Shown in pieces: positions 39,363 to 47,784 of a DNA stretch of 64,000 nt. Source of the stretch: Thermoplasmata archaeon. Lineage in GTDB: Archaea > Thermoplasmatota > DTKX01 > DATEUP01. Position numbers and translations under genes: made by a program. The stretch spans positions 67,507 through 131,506 of the forward strand of contig JBGQKI010000001.1 of NCBI GenBank assembly GCA_041499475.1, given 5' to 3'. Each line of letters starts with the position of its first letter. Positions within the stretch are counted from its first letter, which is position 1. The notes under the pieces are model-generated. The model was not told where the DNA came from. It saw only the letters and a list, made by a program, of their open reading frames with translations, and did no database searches.

Positions 39363-39369
39363 TTATATA
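39363..39369. promoter_or_regulatory. palindromic TATA element (GCTTATATAGC) shared by divergent polB and tRNA-Gly
   Basis: TTATATA is centred about 30 nt upstream of the tRNA 5' end and about 64 nt upstream of the polB ATG on the other strand. Confidence 0.5.
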
Positions 39370-39397
39370 GCGATTCCTCGGTGCAACGATTCCCGTT

Positions 39398-39470
39398 GCG
39401 GGAGTAGTATAGCTGGTTAGTACGTGGGCTTGCCAAGTCTACAACGCGGGTTCAAATCCCGTCTCTCGCA
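39398..39470 (+). tRNA. tRNA-Gly (anticodon GCC), 73 nt, CCA not encoded
   Basis: Hand-folded cloverleaf. Acceptor GCGGGAG/CTCTCGC with one G-U. D arm GTAT-AGCTGGTTA-GTAC. Anticodon arm TGGGC-TTGCCAA-GTCTA (U33, GCC, A37). T arm GCGGG-TTCAAAT-CCCGT. Discriminator A. Confidence 0.88.
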
Positions 39471-39540
39471 CTCCTCCTTGGTGAGCGGGAGCGCCGCGGC
39501 GAGGGCGCCCGCGCCCGGACTGCGAGGCACGACATTTCAA

Positions 39541-39795
39541 ATGCCGCCGCGCCACCTTACCTGCGGAGCCGTGCTTCGCGTGACGCTTCCGCTCCAAGCC
39601 CTCGAAAAGGCGCTTGGCCAGCGCGTCGTGCTTGCCCTCAAAGACCTGCGCGTCCTTGAAGGCACCCTGTCTGGCTTTGATGAGCACATGAACCTCGTGC
39701 TCACTGAGGCCGAGGAGCGTGTTTCGGACGCGCAGAAGAAGCTCGGGACCGTCGTGCTGCGGGGCAATAACGTCGTGAGCATCGCCCCGAAGTGA
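39541..39795 (+). CDS. Sm-like archaeal protein (SmAP/LSm)
   Basis: Sm1/Sm2-like VVLALKDLRVLEGTLSGFDEHMNLVLTEAEE...LGTVVLRGNNVVSI. The ATG at 39541 was chosen because the longer track ORF overlaps the tRNA. GTG 39580 is an alternative. Confidence 0.8.
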   Translation: MPPRHLTCGAVLRVTLPLQALEKALGQRVVLALKDLRVLEGTLSGFDEHMNLVLTEAEERVSDAQKKLGTVVLRGNNVVSIAPK

Positions 39796-39805
39796 GCCCC
39801 CTCCG

Positions 39806-40876
39806 GTGACGCCCTTGAAAGCCGCAATCCTTGCCGGCGGACTCGGCACGCGGATGCGCCCGCTCACCTTCACGACGCCCAAGCCCCTCCTGCCGGTCCT
39901 CAACGTGCCGATGCTCGTGCGCACGATCGAACGTCTGCCAAAGGGCGTGGACGGCGTGGTTCTCGCGGTGAATTACCTCGCCGACCAGATCGCGGCTTAC
40001 CTCAAAGAGAACCCGATGCCGCTGCCGGTCAAACTCGTCCAGGAGGACGAGCCGCTGGGGACCGCCGGCGCGGTGCGCAACCTCGAGCGCGACCTCGGCG
40101 GCGAGCGGTTCTTTGTGCTCAACGGGGACGTCATCACCTCGGTCGACCTGGGCGCGATGGTCGATTTCCACCGGCGGCGGGGCGGGGTTGGCACGCTCCA
40201 CCTTTGGCCGGTCGAAGACCCCACGCGCTTCGGCATCGCGCGCGTCGATGACGACGGGCGCATCCTCGAATTCAAAGAGAAGCCGCGCTTAGAGGAGGCC
40301 TTTTCCAACCTCATCAACGCAGGCACGTACATCCTCGAGCCGGAGGTCCTCGACACGATTCCAAAAGGCCGGGCCGTCTCGATCGAGCGGGAGATCTTCC
40401 CCCAGCTCATCGACCGCGGCCTTTACGGGTACACCTCGGGGGAATTCTGGATCGACGCCGGCAAGCCGCTCGACTACATCGAAGCGCACCGGCTCCTCAT
40501 GAACGTCGACCGCGCGCGCTACCGGCCGAGGCGCAAGCTGCCAGGCGTCGAGGTGGAGCCGCCGTGCCTCATCCCGGCGAGCGCCGAGCTTGCGCCGGGC
40601 GTCCGCATCGGCCCCAATGTGAGCCTCGGCGAGCGGGTCGTGATCGGTGAGGGTGCGCAGGTGGCAGACAGCGTGCTCCTCGACGGCGTGCGCGTGGGCG
40701 CGCGCGCGCGAATCGAGATGTCGGTCGTCGGCAATGGCGCGTTCATTGGCGACGGAGCGAGGCTTTCGCGCGGCACCGTTGTCGCCGACGGCGGCGAGGT
40801 TGGACCGGGCAGGCGCACGGCGAACTTCGAAGGGGTGGAGGCCAAGGGCGCGCGCGCCGGGCAACGCCACGGCTAA
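39806..40876 (+). CDS. sugar-1-phosphate nucleotidyltransferase with C-terminal left-handed beta-helix domain
   Basis: KAAILAGGLGTRMRPLTFTTPKPLLPV signature. C-terminal hexapeptide repeats (VRIGPNVSLGERVVIGEGAQVADSVLLDGVRVGARARIE...). Confidence 0.88.
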   Translation: MTPLKAAILAGGLGTRMRPLTFTTPKPLLPVLNVPMLVRTIERLPKGVDGVVLAVNYLADQIAAYLKENPMPLPVKLVQEDEPLGTAGAVRNLERDLGGERFFVLNGDVITSVDLGAMVDFHRRRGGVGTLHLWPVEDPTRFGIARVDDDGRILEFKEKPRLEEAFSNLINAGTYILEPEVLDTIPKGRAVSIEREIFPQLIDRGLYGYTSGEFWIDAGKPLDYIEAHRLLMNVDRARYRPRRKLPGVEVEPPCLIPASAELAPGVRIGPNVSLGERVVIGEGAQVADSVLLDGVRVGARARIEMSVVGNGAFIGDGARLSRGTVVADGGEVGPGRRTANFEGVEAKGARAGQRHG

Positions 40877-41046
40877 GCGGGGATTCTTCGCGACGGGCCC
40901 CGGAACATCGGGCAGAAGGGGTTTTGACATTCCTCCTCGGCGTTGCGGAGGTTGCCGCAGGTCGTGCAGCGGTTCTCGCGGGTGCGCGTCCGGTACTTCC
41001 GCCGCCGCCTCTTGGTCACGTCCCTTTGCTTGGGCAAAGCCGGCAT
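40873..41046 (-). CDS. small (57 aa) highly basic zinc-ribbon protein
   Basis: MPALPKQRDVTKRRRRKYRTRTRENRCTTCGNLRNAEEECQNPFCPMF... (CxxC-x10-CxxxxC). GAAGG 6 nt upstream of the ATG. AT-rich TTAAAGTTCGATAATTG lies about 30-45 nt upstream. High GC3. Confidence 0.5.
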   Translation of the reverse strand: MPALPKQRDVTKRRRRKYRTRTRENRCTTCGNLRNAEEECQNPFCPMFRGPSRRIPA

Positions 41047-41069
41047 ATAGCCTTCGTGGCGGGGCCCGT

Positions 41070-41822
41070 TCAATTATCGAACTTTAACCGGGCGCGCGCT
41101 TCGGGGCGCAGGGGCGCGTCCGCACGCATCTGGAATTCCCGCCGGCTCCCGCGCCGGCCCACGTGGAATGCGATTTCGCCCTTGGCCCGGTGGGTGACCT
41201 GCGGCCGCTCCCCGGCCGACACAAGGGCCGACTCCACCCGTGCGTAAGCGCCAGGTAGCCCAGTCGTGCGCCGGGCGAGGAACCGGGAAAGTTCATCGGC
41301 CGGGTAGCTCCGCGTCTCACGCCCCTCCCGCTGGCCTTCGATGAGGCCGAGTCGCAGGAGCGGCTCCCGGGCGCGCAGGACTGCCTGGGACGAGCCCCCG
41401 GCGTGCGCGGCCAGTTCGCGGATCGAGAGGCCTGGTGTCTGGACGACGGCGCTCAACACGGGCAGCGCGCGCCGGCCCCGCAGCACCGCAAGTACCGCCC
41501 GCGAGGTCTCGTCCACCGTCCCCACGACGAAGTAACGGACCTCGCGAGAGGTCCGTGCCGACTGGACAAGGCCTGCCGCGGAGAGGGCTTTCAGGTGCCA
41601 GCGCACCGACGGGGAGCGCAGGCGGCAGGAGCGGGCGAGCGCGGCGGTGTGCGACATGGGCCGGTCGAGCAGGCACTGGAAAACGCGGGCGCGCATTTCG
41701 TTCGAGAGCAGGCCCGCACCAGGCGCACGGTCCTCGGCGGTGGGGTGGACCGCGAGCTTGCCGGTGAGCGCCTGCTGGAGGGCGGCACCCAGCCTCCGCT
41801 TTGACCGTGGCGCGTGCGGCAC
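41070..41822 (-). CDS. transcriptional regulator with two winged-helix (ArsR/TrmB-like) domains
   Basis: RARVFQCLLDRPMSHTAALARSCRLRSPSVRWHLKALSAAGLV, and a second domain LSAVVQTPGLSIRELAAHAGGSSQAVLRAREPLLRLGLIE. It lies 12 nt downstream of the KaiC-like gene. Confidence 0.7.
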   Translation of the reverse strand: MPHAPRSKRRLGAALQQALTGKLAVHPTAEDRAPGAGLLSNEMRARVFQCLLDRPMSHTAALARSCRLRSPSVRWHLKALSAAGLVQSARTSREVRYFVVGTVDETSRAVLAVLRGRRALPVLSAVVQTPGLSIRELAAHAGGSSQAVLRAREPLLRLGLIEGQREGRETRSYPADELSRFLARRTTGLPGAYARVESALVSAGERPQVTHRAKGEIAFHVGRRGSRREFQMRADAPLRPEARARLKFDN

Positions 41823-41834
41823 CGGTGAACCACC

Positions 41835-42752
41835 CTACACCCGCCGGCCGGCGTCTTCAAGGATGAGGTCGAGGAGGTCCTGGGGCGACATGCCAAGCAG
41901 CGGTTCCGGGTCGATGTCCTTGAAAAGCTGGCGCACGCGCGCAGCGGTGGGGGCCGACAGCTCCTTCTCGTTGACGCGCTCGCGCACGAGCCGCTTCCAC
42001 TCGACGTCGAAGTCGAGGCCCGCTTCCGCAGGCAATTGCCCGCGCACGGAGGGGCGCACGACGACGCCGAGGCCGCGCCGGATTTCGTACGGCGCGATCA
42101 GGTTGCTGTGCTTGGAAGAGCGGGTCTTCAGCACGCGCACCGCGCGCGAGACCATTTCGCCGGTGACGCGGTACTGGAGGTGGATGATGTTGTCGGCAAG
42201 GTACATCGGGATCACGCTTTCCTGCGCCGACATCGTCGGGTCGGCGGTGTGCTCTTCGAGGGTGGCAAGCAGCGTCCCTATGCGCTTCGCCTGCTTGAAG
42301 AGGAACGACAAGAGCTCGCGCTGCTCGTAGCGCGTGGGCGTCGCCCAAAGGACGGGGGTGAGCGGGTCGATGACGATGCGCGCGTCCGACGAACCCCACG
42401 AGGACACGAAGTCGGCAAGCTCCTTGAGGATGAACTCCCGGAACTGCTTGCCCGACGCGTCGATGAAGATGAACTGCTCCTCCTTGAGGGCCTCTTGGAT
42501 GTCCTCGAAGCCCATCATCTCGGCTTCGCGGATGATCTGCTCGGGCGGCTCATCGAGGGTGATGTAGATGCCTTCCTGCCCGTCGGCAAGGCCCCGGCGC
42601 AGGAACTGGGTGGCGAGCGTGGTCTTGCCGGCCCCCGAGGCGCCGATGACCACCGTGCTCGAGTGTTCGTTGAGCCCGCCGTCGAGCATCGGGTTGAGCC
42701 CGTAGATCCCGCTCTTGATCTTGGGGTGGGTTGCCATCGCAAACGACCGCAC
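41835..42752 (-). CDS. KaiC-like / RecA-superfamily ATPase (single domain) with C-terminal extension
   Basis: IKSGIYGLNPMLDGGLNEHSSTVVIGASGAGKTTLATQFLRRGLADGQEGIYITLDEPPEQI (Walker A), and VIDPLTP (Walker B-like). Alternative start MATHPK at 42737. Confidence 0.8.
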   Translation of the reverse strand: MRSFAMATHPKIKSGIYGLNPMLDGGLNEHSSTVVIGASGAGKTTLATQFLRRGLADGQEGIYITLDEPPEQIIREAEMMGFEDIQEALKEEQFIFIDASGKQFREFILKELADFVSSWGSSDARIVIDPLTPVLWATPTRYEQRELLSFLFKQAKRIGTLLATLEEHTADPTMSAQESVIPMYLADNIIHLQYRVTGEMVSRAVRVLKTRSSKHSNLIAPYEIRRGLGVVVRPSVRGQLPAEAGLDFDVEWKRLVRERVNEKELSAPTAARVRQLFKDIDPEPLLGMSPQDLLDLILEDAGRRV

Positions 42753-42797
42753 GCGTCGGCGTGAGCCGCGCCGCGGGCCGCGCGATCGGGGCGGCGC

Positions 42798-42804
42798 GTA
42801 TTAG
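42798..42804 (-). promoter_or_regulatory. TATA-box candidate for the KaiC-like gene
   Basis: The minus strand reads CTTCTAATACGCG, about 45-60 nt upstream of the candidate starts. Confidence 0.4.
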
Positions 42805-42828
42805 AAGTTGCCAGATCAAAGTTGGAAT

Positions 42829-43206
42829 CTATCCGCGCCGCTTGGACGGTGCGGACTTCTTTTTGGAAGGTTGGGCGAAATCGACCTTCACTTCCTTTGC
42901 GCGGGAGGGCGGCCGTTTGCTGGCCATCCCTTCGACCCCCCGCACGGCCATCCGGGCCGCGCGGATGGCTTCGTGCTCCGCCCGGTCGAGGTGCTCCTGC
43001 GCTTCTGCCGAGAGCGGGAGCGAACGCACCACCGCCCGCGCGGCCAGCAGGAGCTCGACGCCCGATGTGATTGCCGCCTCCAGGGCCTCGGCACTATCGA
43101 GATTGAGGGCTTTGGCGAGCGCAGGGGCCGCCTCGCGGCGCAGCCGGCCAACCACTTCGTCGATCTCCAGTTCCGTTTGCCGCTTAGAGCCCGATTTCTT
43201 GGCCAT
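42829..43206 (-). CDS. hypothetical helical protein with basic N- and C-terminal tails (125 aa)
   Basis: The ATG at 43206 is preceded by a strong SD GGAGGAGGGG (6-nt spacer). N-terminus [10 protein letters not shown]..., C-terminus ...SKRPPSRAKEVKVDFAQPSKKKSAPSKRRG. It overlaps the arsA-like stop by 23 nt. No family was recognised. Confidence 0.6.
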   Translation of the reverse strand: MAKKSGSKRQTELEIDEVVGRLRREAAPALAKALNLDSAEALEAAITSGVELLLAARAVVRSLPLSAEAQEHLDRAEHEAIRAARMAVRGVEGMASKRPPSRAKEVKVDFAQPSKKKSAPSKRRG

Positions 43207-44608
43207 GTTGCTCCCCTCCTCCGATCCCCGATTCGTCCGCCTCGTCATCCGCCTCGCCGGCTTCCGGCGCCGGCACGTGGTGCACTTTGTCGCCGAAGGA
43301 AATGGTGAGCCGGCGGTCGGCGTAGCGTGCGCTCTTTACTTCGCGCCCGGCGAGCGTGTAGGGCAAAAGCAGGGACCGCTTGAAGTTGCCGTAGCGCACG
43401 ATCACCTCGCCGCCCTTGGAATAGACGTCGAACTTCTCCGACTCGAGGAATGGCATGTGGAGCGACACGCGCACCTCGTCCTTCGAATCGAGCTCGACGC
43501 GGATGGGGTCGGGCACGGCCACAAAGGTAAGGGGGTCGTGAGCCCCGTAGAGCGCCGCAGCGTACATCCTCAGCGCGTCGGGCCCCAGAACCTCGCGCCG
43601 GAACACGGGCGCAAGCCTGACGGGGATGCCGAAGAACTCCTGGTCAATGGTCTTGAGGTAGGCCACCTGGTCGGCCTTCATCTTCTTGAAGTACGGGTCC
43701 GAGACCTCGTCGGGCAGCACCTTGTTCACGACGACCTCGTCGACGAAGAAGCCGAAGAGGCAGAGGTACGAGAGCGTCCGCTGCGCCTCCTTGATTACCA
43801 TCTTCTCGGGGTTCACCACGATGCGGACGCTCGTGAGCTTCGGGTCGGTCAAGATCGCGTTGATGTCGCGGACGCGCTCGTGAAGCATGCCGATGGTGTC
43901 CACGACCATGTCGGTGGGGAACGGGATCGACATCACGCGGCCGACGGTCCCGCGCCCCACTTTGACCGCGCGGCGGAACGTCTTGAAGAAGCGGCGGTAG
44001 TACCAGTCCAGGGCATCGGGGATGGAGAGCAGGCGCAGCGTGTCGGCCGTGGGCGCCGTGTCGAGGATGAGCACATCGAATTTGCGTTCTCGGTGGATGT
44101 GCTGCACCTCGAAGAGCCCGGCGAGCAGCTCGAAGCCGGGGATGTAGGCGAGCTCCTTGGCCGTGAGCGCGTCGAGCCCCTGCGCCTCGAAGAAGGAGAC
44201 GAGGTAGGCCTCGACCTCCTTCCAATGGGTCTCGATCTCGTGCTGCAGGTCGATCTCGAGGGCGAACAGGTTCTCCGCGACGCGCGTGGGCTCGCCGGTG
44301 AGCTCTTGGTCGTAGGCGTCGCCAAGCGAGTGCGCGCTGTCGGTGGACATCACGAGCGTGCGCTTGCCTTGGGCCGCCACGTGCAGCCCGGTTGCCGCGG
44401 CGGTGGTGGTCTTGCCCACCCCGCCCTTGCCCGTGTAGAGCAAGATGCGCTCAAGCCCGCCTGGGGGCGCCGCGTGTTTCTTCTTTGCAAATGCCACCTT
44501 GCCGCGCGTCCTTGGGCGCAGTTTGGACTTTTCGCGCGCGGGCACGCCACGGCGAGGGGCCGCGGCCCATTTCAAGTCTGCGCCATTACGCGCTGTCGCC
44601 CACGCCAT
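43184..44608 (-). CDS. ArsA/Get3-family ATPase with C-terminal HSP20/alpha-crystallin-like domain
   Basis: Deviant Walker [17 protein letters not shown]. Family signature present as [12 protein letters not shown] (canonical DTAPTGHTLRLL). C-terminal beta-sandwich-like [60 protein letters not shown]. The start is uncertain (ATG 44608 or GTG 44497). Confidence 0.8.
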   Translation of the reverse strand: MAWATARNGADLKWAAAPRRGVPAREKSKLRPRTRGKVAFAKKKHAAPPGGLERILLYTGKGGVGKTTTAAATGLHVAAQGKRTLVMSTDSAHSLGDAYDQELTGEPTRVAENLFALEIDLQHEIETHWKEVEAYLVSFFEAQGLDALTAKELAYIPGFELLAGLFEVQHIHRERKFDVLILDTAPTADTLRLLSIPDALDWYYRRFFKTFRRAVKVGRGTVGRVMSIPFPTDMVVDTIGMLHERVRDINAILTDPKLTSVRIVVNPEKMVIKEAQRTLSYLCLFGFFVDEVVVNKVLPDEVSDPYFKKMKADQVAYLKTIDQEFFGIPVRLAPVFRREVLGPDALRMYAAALYGAHDPLTFVAVPDPIRVELDSKDEVRVSLHMPFLESEKFDVYSKGGEVIVRYGNFKRSLLLPYTLAGREVKSARYADRRLTISFGDKVHHVPAPEAGEADDEADESGIGGGEQHGQEIGL

Positions 44609-45530
44609 CTTCCGTGACGCTGAACACGGCTTCGCCTTCAGGCAGGCTCGGCGAATCGATGAGGCGCGCGATGCGCTTGGGCACCTTCGACTTGCGCAGG
44701 TACAGCCGGTAGGTCGCCATGTGTCCGACGATGTGGCCGCCGACCGGCCGGGTCGGGTCGCCGAAGAACGTGTCGGGCTTCGACTGCACTTGGTTCGTGA
44801 CGTAGATGACGGCGTTGGCTTGGTCGCCGAACTTGAGGAGCGTGTGCATGTGGGTGTTCAGCTTCTGCTGGCGGTTGGCGAGCGTGCCGCGGCCGACGAA
44901 TTCGGCCCGGAAGTGCGCGGTGAGCGAATCGACGATGAGCAGCTTGATGGGGTGCTCCTTGGCAAGCTCGAAGGCCTTCTCGGCGAGCAGCATCTGGTGG
45001 TGCGAGTTGAACGCGCGCGCCACGCGGATCTTCTTCAGCACCTCGCGGCCGTCGAGGCCCTTGTGCTCGGCCATCTGCAGGATGCGCTCCGGGCGGAAGG
45101 TGTTCTCGGTGTCGATGAAGAGCGCTTCGCCTCCGAGGCCGCCGTCGTCCTCGGAGAGCGTCACGTTCACGGCGAGCTGGTGCGCCAGCTGCGTCTTGCC
45201 CGATCCGAATTCGCCGAACGCCTCGGTGATAGCTTGGCACTCCACGCCGCCCCCGAGCAGTTCGTCGAGGGCCTTGGAGCCGGTGAGGATCTTCTTCAAG
45301 CCCCGCCGGCGCTCGAGCAAGACATCTCCGGTCTCGAAGCCGCCGACGTCGGCGGCCTTGCGCGCCGCCACGATCAGCTTCTGCGCCGTGGTGATGCCGA
45401 TGTCGACGCTCTCGGCCAGGTCGCCTGGCGAGGCGACGGCGATCGACAGCAGGTCGTCGTAGCCGGCTTCCTTCAGCTTGTCCAGCGTCGCCGGGCCAAC
45501 TCCCGGCAGTTCTTCGAGTGCAACGCCCAT
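44586..45530 (-). CDS. radA: DNA repair and recombination protein RadA
   Basis: N-terminal Hh[28 protein letters not shown]. Walker [34 protein letters not shown]. 314 aa. Confidence 0.95.
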   Translation of the reverse strand: MGVALEELPGVGPATLDKLKEAGYDDLLSIAVASPGDLAESVDIGITTAQKLIVAARKAADVGGFETGDVLLERRRGLKKILTGSKALDELLGGGVECQAITEAFGEFGSGKTQLAHQLAVNVTLSEDDGGLGGEALFIDTENTFRPERILQMAEHKGLDGREVLKKIRVARAFNSHHQMLLAEKAFELAKEHPIKLLIVDSLTAHFRAEFVGRGTLANRQQKLNTHMHTLLKFGDQANAVIYVTNQVQSKPDTFFGDPTRPVGGHIVGHMATYRLYLRKSKVPKRIARLIDSPSLPEGEAVFSVTEDGVGDSA

Positions 45531-45573
45531 CTTCTATCTCCTGCGGAGGCGAACGTTGCCTACGCGAACCGGG

Positions 45574-45580
45574 TATAAAA
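45574..45580 (-). promoter_or_regulatory. TATA-box candidate for radA operon
   Basis: The minus strand reads CTTTTATACCCGG, about 45 nt upstream of the ATG at 45530, with a GGAG SD-like motif in between. Confidence 0.5.
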
Positions 45581-45615
45581 GCAAAAGTGGGGGGTGAGCG
45601 AAAGCCCGATGCGCG

Positions 45616-46293
45616 TCAGTGCTCGCGGCCGAGCGAGTGGAAGAGGATTTTGCGCTCCGCGCGGCGGAGCTTCTTCGAAACGGCGGCTTTGCTCACACCC
45701 GTGTACCTTGCGAGCTGTGTGAGGTTCACCCGCGCGGGCACCTCGTAATGGCCGAGGTCGAGGGCAAGGCGCAGGAGCGCGCGCTGCTCGCGGGTGAGGC
45801 CGTCGGCGCGGCTCTCGCGCGGACCTTTCCGCACCTCCTTGATCTCGTAGGGGATTTGGAACTGGTCGAGCAGCTCGATCGGCTTCTCGCCGCCGCCGAG
45901 CACAACGAAAGACAGCGACGTATTTTCGGGAGTGATCTGAATCGGGCCGTCGAGGAAGGCCTGCGACCCCACGTCGGCCCACGCCTCGGCAAGCTCGTCG
46001 GGGATCCGGGCGCGCAGGAGCACGGTGTACACTTTGCGGTCCTCGTCCACGTCGACGACTTCGAAGTGCTCGAGGTTGTAGCGTTGGAGCAACTCCTTGC
46101 GCATCTTCTCGATGGCCCGCCGGTTGTAGAGCGCGTCCGTCCGGTGGATCTCGGCGATGAGGATGGCGGACTTTTGCGCGACGGCAAAGACGCGAAGCAC
46201 ATCGAGCCTGCGGTTGTGTGCGAAGAACCGGCGGGGGATGACGCCGCCCTTGACGAGGGTGCTTGTGGGGAGGGTCAGCCGAATCTGCTTCAC
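45616..46293 (-). CDS. HTH_10 (bacterio-opsin activator-type) transcriptional regulator
   Basis: C-terminal LTREQRALLRLALDLGHYEVPARVNLTQLARYTGVSKAAVSKKLRRAERKIL is the HTH_10 signature. GTG start. Confidence 0.8.
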   Translation of the reverse strand: MKQIRLTLPTSTLVKGGVIPRRFFAHNRRLDVLRVFAVAQKSAILIAEIHRTDALYNRRAIEKMRKELLQRYNLEHFEVVDVDEDRKVYTVLLRARIPDELAEAWADVGSQAFLDGPIQITPENTSLSFVVLGGGEKPIELLDQFQIPYEIKEVRKGPRESRADGLTREQRALLRLALDLGHYEVPARVNLTQLARYTGVSKAAVSKKLRRAERKILFHSLGREH

Positions 46294-46328
46294 GGGAAGA
46301 AACCTGCCGATGGCGCGAAGGGGCCTTG

Positions 46329-46344
46329 GGTTAACATGTTAACC
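46329..46344. promoter_or_regulatory. perfect 16-bp AT-rich palindrome GGTTAACATGTTAACC in divergent promoter region (operator/TATA candidate)
   Basis: Read directly from the sequence. It lies 36-51 nt upstream of the HTH_10 regulator start and 45-60 nt upstream of the cupin ATG. Confidence 0.6.
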
Positions 46345-46388
46345 ATCACTTTAAGGCTGGCGCTGGCGATTTAGCGTCGGTAATCCCC

Positions 46389-46820
46389 ATGCCCGAAGGC
46401 ACCCACCTTGACCTTGGCGCGATGGACTGGAAGCCGGGGATCGGCCCCGGGATCGTCAACAAGTACCTCGTCGCGGGGCAGGACACGAAGACCTCGGGCG
46501 AGCACTTCCTTGTGAGCATCGCGAAAATGGGCCCGGGCGTAAAGTCGCCGCCGCACCACCACAACTACCCGCAGGTTTTCTACATCATCGAGGGCTCGGG
46601 CCGGGCCATCATCGCGGGCAACGAATTCAAGTTCGCTCCGGGGCACGTGCTGCGCCTGCTGAATTGCGAGGACCACACGATCATCAACGACGGGCCAGGC
46701 GAGGTGACGCTCATGGAGATCCGCGTGTTCTCGACACCGCGCAACAAGGGTGAGGTCGATGAGGAATCCGCCCGCATCGAGGCGATGCGCAAGGCGAAGG
46801 CGGAAGGAAAGGCCGCGTGA
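46389..46820 (+). CDS. cupin-domain protein
   Basis: GVKSPPHHHNYPQVFYIIEGSGRAIIAGNEFKFAPGHVLRLLNCEDHTIIN matches the two cupin motifs (H-H-H ... H). Confidence 0.8.
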   Translation: MPEGTHLDLGAMDWKPGIGPGIVNKYLVAGQDTKTSGEHFLVSIAKMGPGVKSPPHHHNYPQVFYIIEGSGRAIIAGNEFKFAPGHVLRLLNCEDHTIINDGPGEVTLMEIRVFSTPRNKGEVDEESARIEAMRKAKAEGKAA

Positions 46821-46842
46821 CGGTACGCTTCGGGAGCGCGCC

Positions 46843-47784
46843 ATGGCCGGGCTCAAGGTATGGCTGAGGGCCACCCAGGCGCAGTCGTTCGTCGTGTCCG
46901 TGATTCCGGTGCTCGTTGGCGCAGCGGTGGCGGTGTTCCAAGGCGCGCCGCTTTCGCCGCTGCTGCTCCTGTTAACGCTTGCCGGCGTGCTCGCGATCCA
47001 CGCCGCGACGAACATGAGCAACGACTGGGTCGACTACAAGACTGGCGTTGACAACCAGCCGCCGGAGATCATCTCGCCTTTCACGGCGGGCTCGCGCGTG
47101 CTCCCCGACAAGATGCTTACGCCCGACCAGCACAAGCGGGTGTGGCTCGCCCTGTACGCCGTGGGGGCCGCCATCGGCCTATTTTTGGCGCTCACGGTCC
47201 CCGACGGTTGGGTGATCCTCGCGCTGGGGGCATCGATGGGCTTGCTTTCGCTGTTCTACACCTACCCACCGCTGAAGCTGCAGTACCACGGGTTTGGCGA
47301 GGTGCTCGTGGGCGCGATCTTTGGCCCGGTGCTCGTGTTGGGCTCGTATTTCGTTCAGGCGCACCGGCTCGAGGTACAGCCGTTGCTGGTCTCGGTCCCC
47401 TTCGGGATTTTCGTGGCCGCGTTCCTGCTCGTGAACGAGATGCCGGAATGGCAAAGCGACCCCAAGGGCGGCAAGGTGACGGTCCCGGCGCGCGTCGGCC
47501 TCGAGAAGTCGATGAAGATCTACGTGGCGATGATGGTCGCCGGGTACGGTTGGATCGCTGCGGTGGTGGCGCTCGGCTTCTTGCCCTATTTCGTGGCGTT
47601 CGGGTTCGCGTCACTGCCGCTTGGCGCCAAGGGGATCTCGGTGCTTCGCAGGGACTACGCTAGTTTCCCGAAGCACATTCCAGCCAACGCCTCGACGCTC
47701 CTGACCGTGCTTGTGACAGGCCTGGGCTTGCTGATCGGTTATGCACTGGCCGTCCTGCAGATCATCCCGGCGCGCCTCCTATGA
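46843..47784 (+). CDS. UbiA-superfamily prenyltransferase, MenA-like (1,4-dihydroxy-2-naphthoate prenyltransferase family)
   Basis: The ATG at 46843 avoids overlap with the cupin gene. First Asp-rich motif NMSNDWVDYKTGVD. Second motif region NEMPEWQSDPKGGKVTV. About 8-9 TM. Confidence 0.8.
   Translation: MAGLKVWLRATQAQSFVVSVIPVLVGAAVAVFQGAPLSPLLLLLTLAGVLAIHAATNMSNDWVDYKTGVDNQPPEIISPFTAGSRVLPDKMLTPDQHKRVWLALYAVGAAIGLFLALTVPDGWVILALGASMGLLSLFYTYPPLKLQYHGFGEVLVGAIFGPVLVLGSYFVQAHRLEVQPLLVSVPFGIFVAAFLLVNEMPEWQSDPKGGKVTVPARVGLEKSMKIYVAMMVAGYGWIAAVVALGFLPYFVAFGFASLPLGAKGISVLRRDYASFPKHIPANASTLLTVLVTGLGLLIGYALAVLQIIPARLL

Noticed and set aside
39424-39540. Long form of the Sm-like ORF starting inside the tRNA-Gly gene
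   Set aside because: It overlaps the tRNA, and the Sm fold homology begins much later. An internal ATG or GTG start is more plausible.
43184-44608. Both gene junctions of the radA-arsA-small protein operon overlap by exactly 23 nt
   Set aside because: The two overlap sequences share no similarity, and the arsA-like start is uncertain, so this is treated as coincidence.
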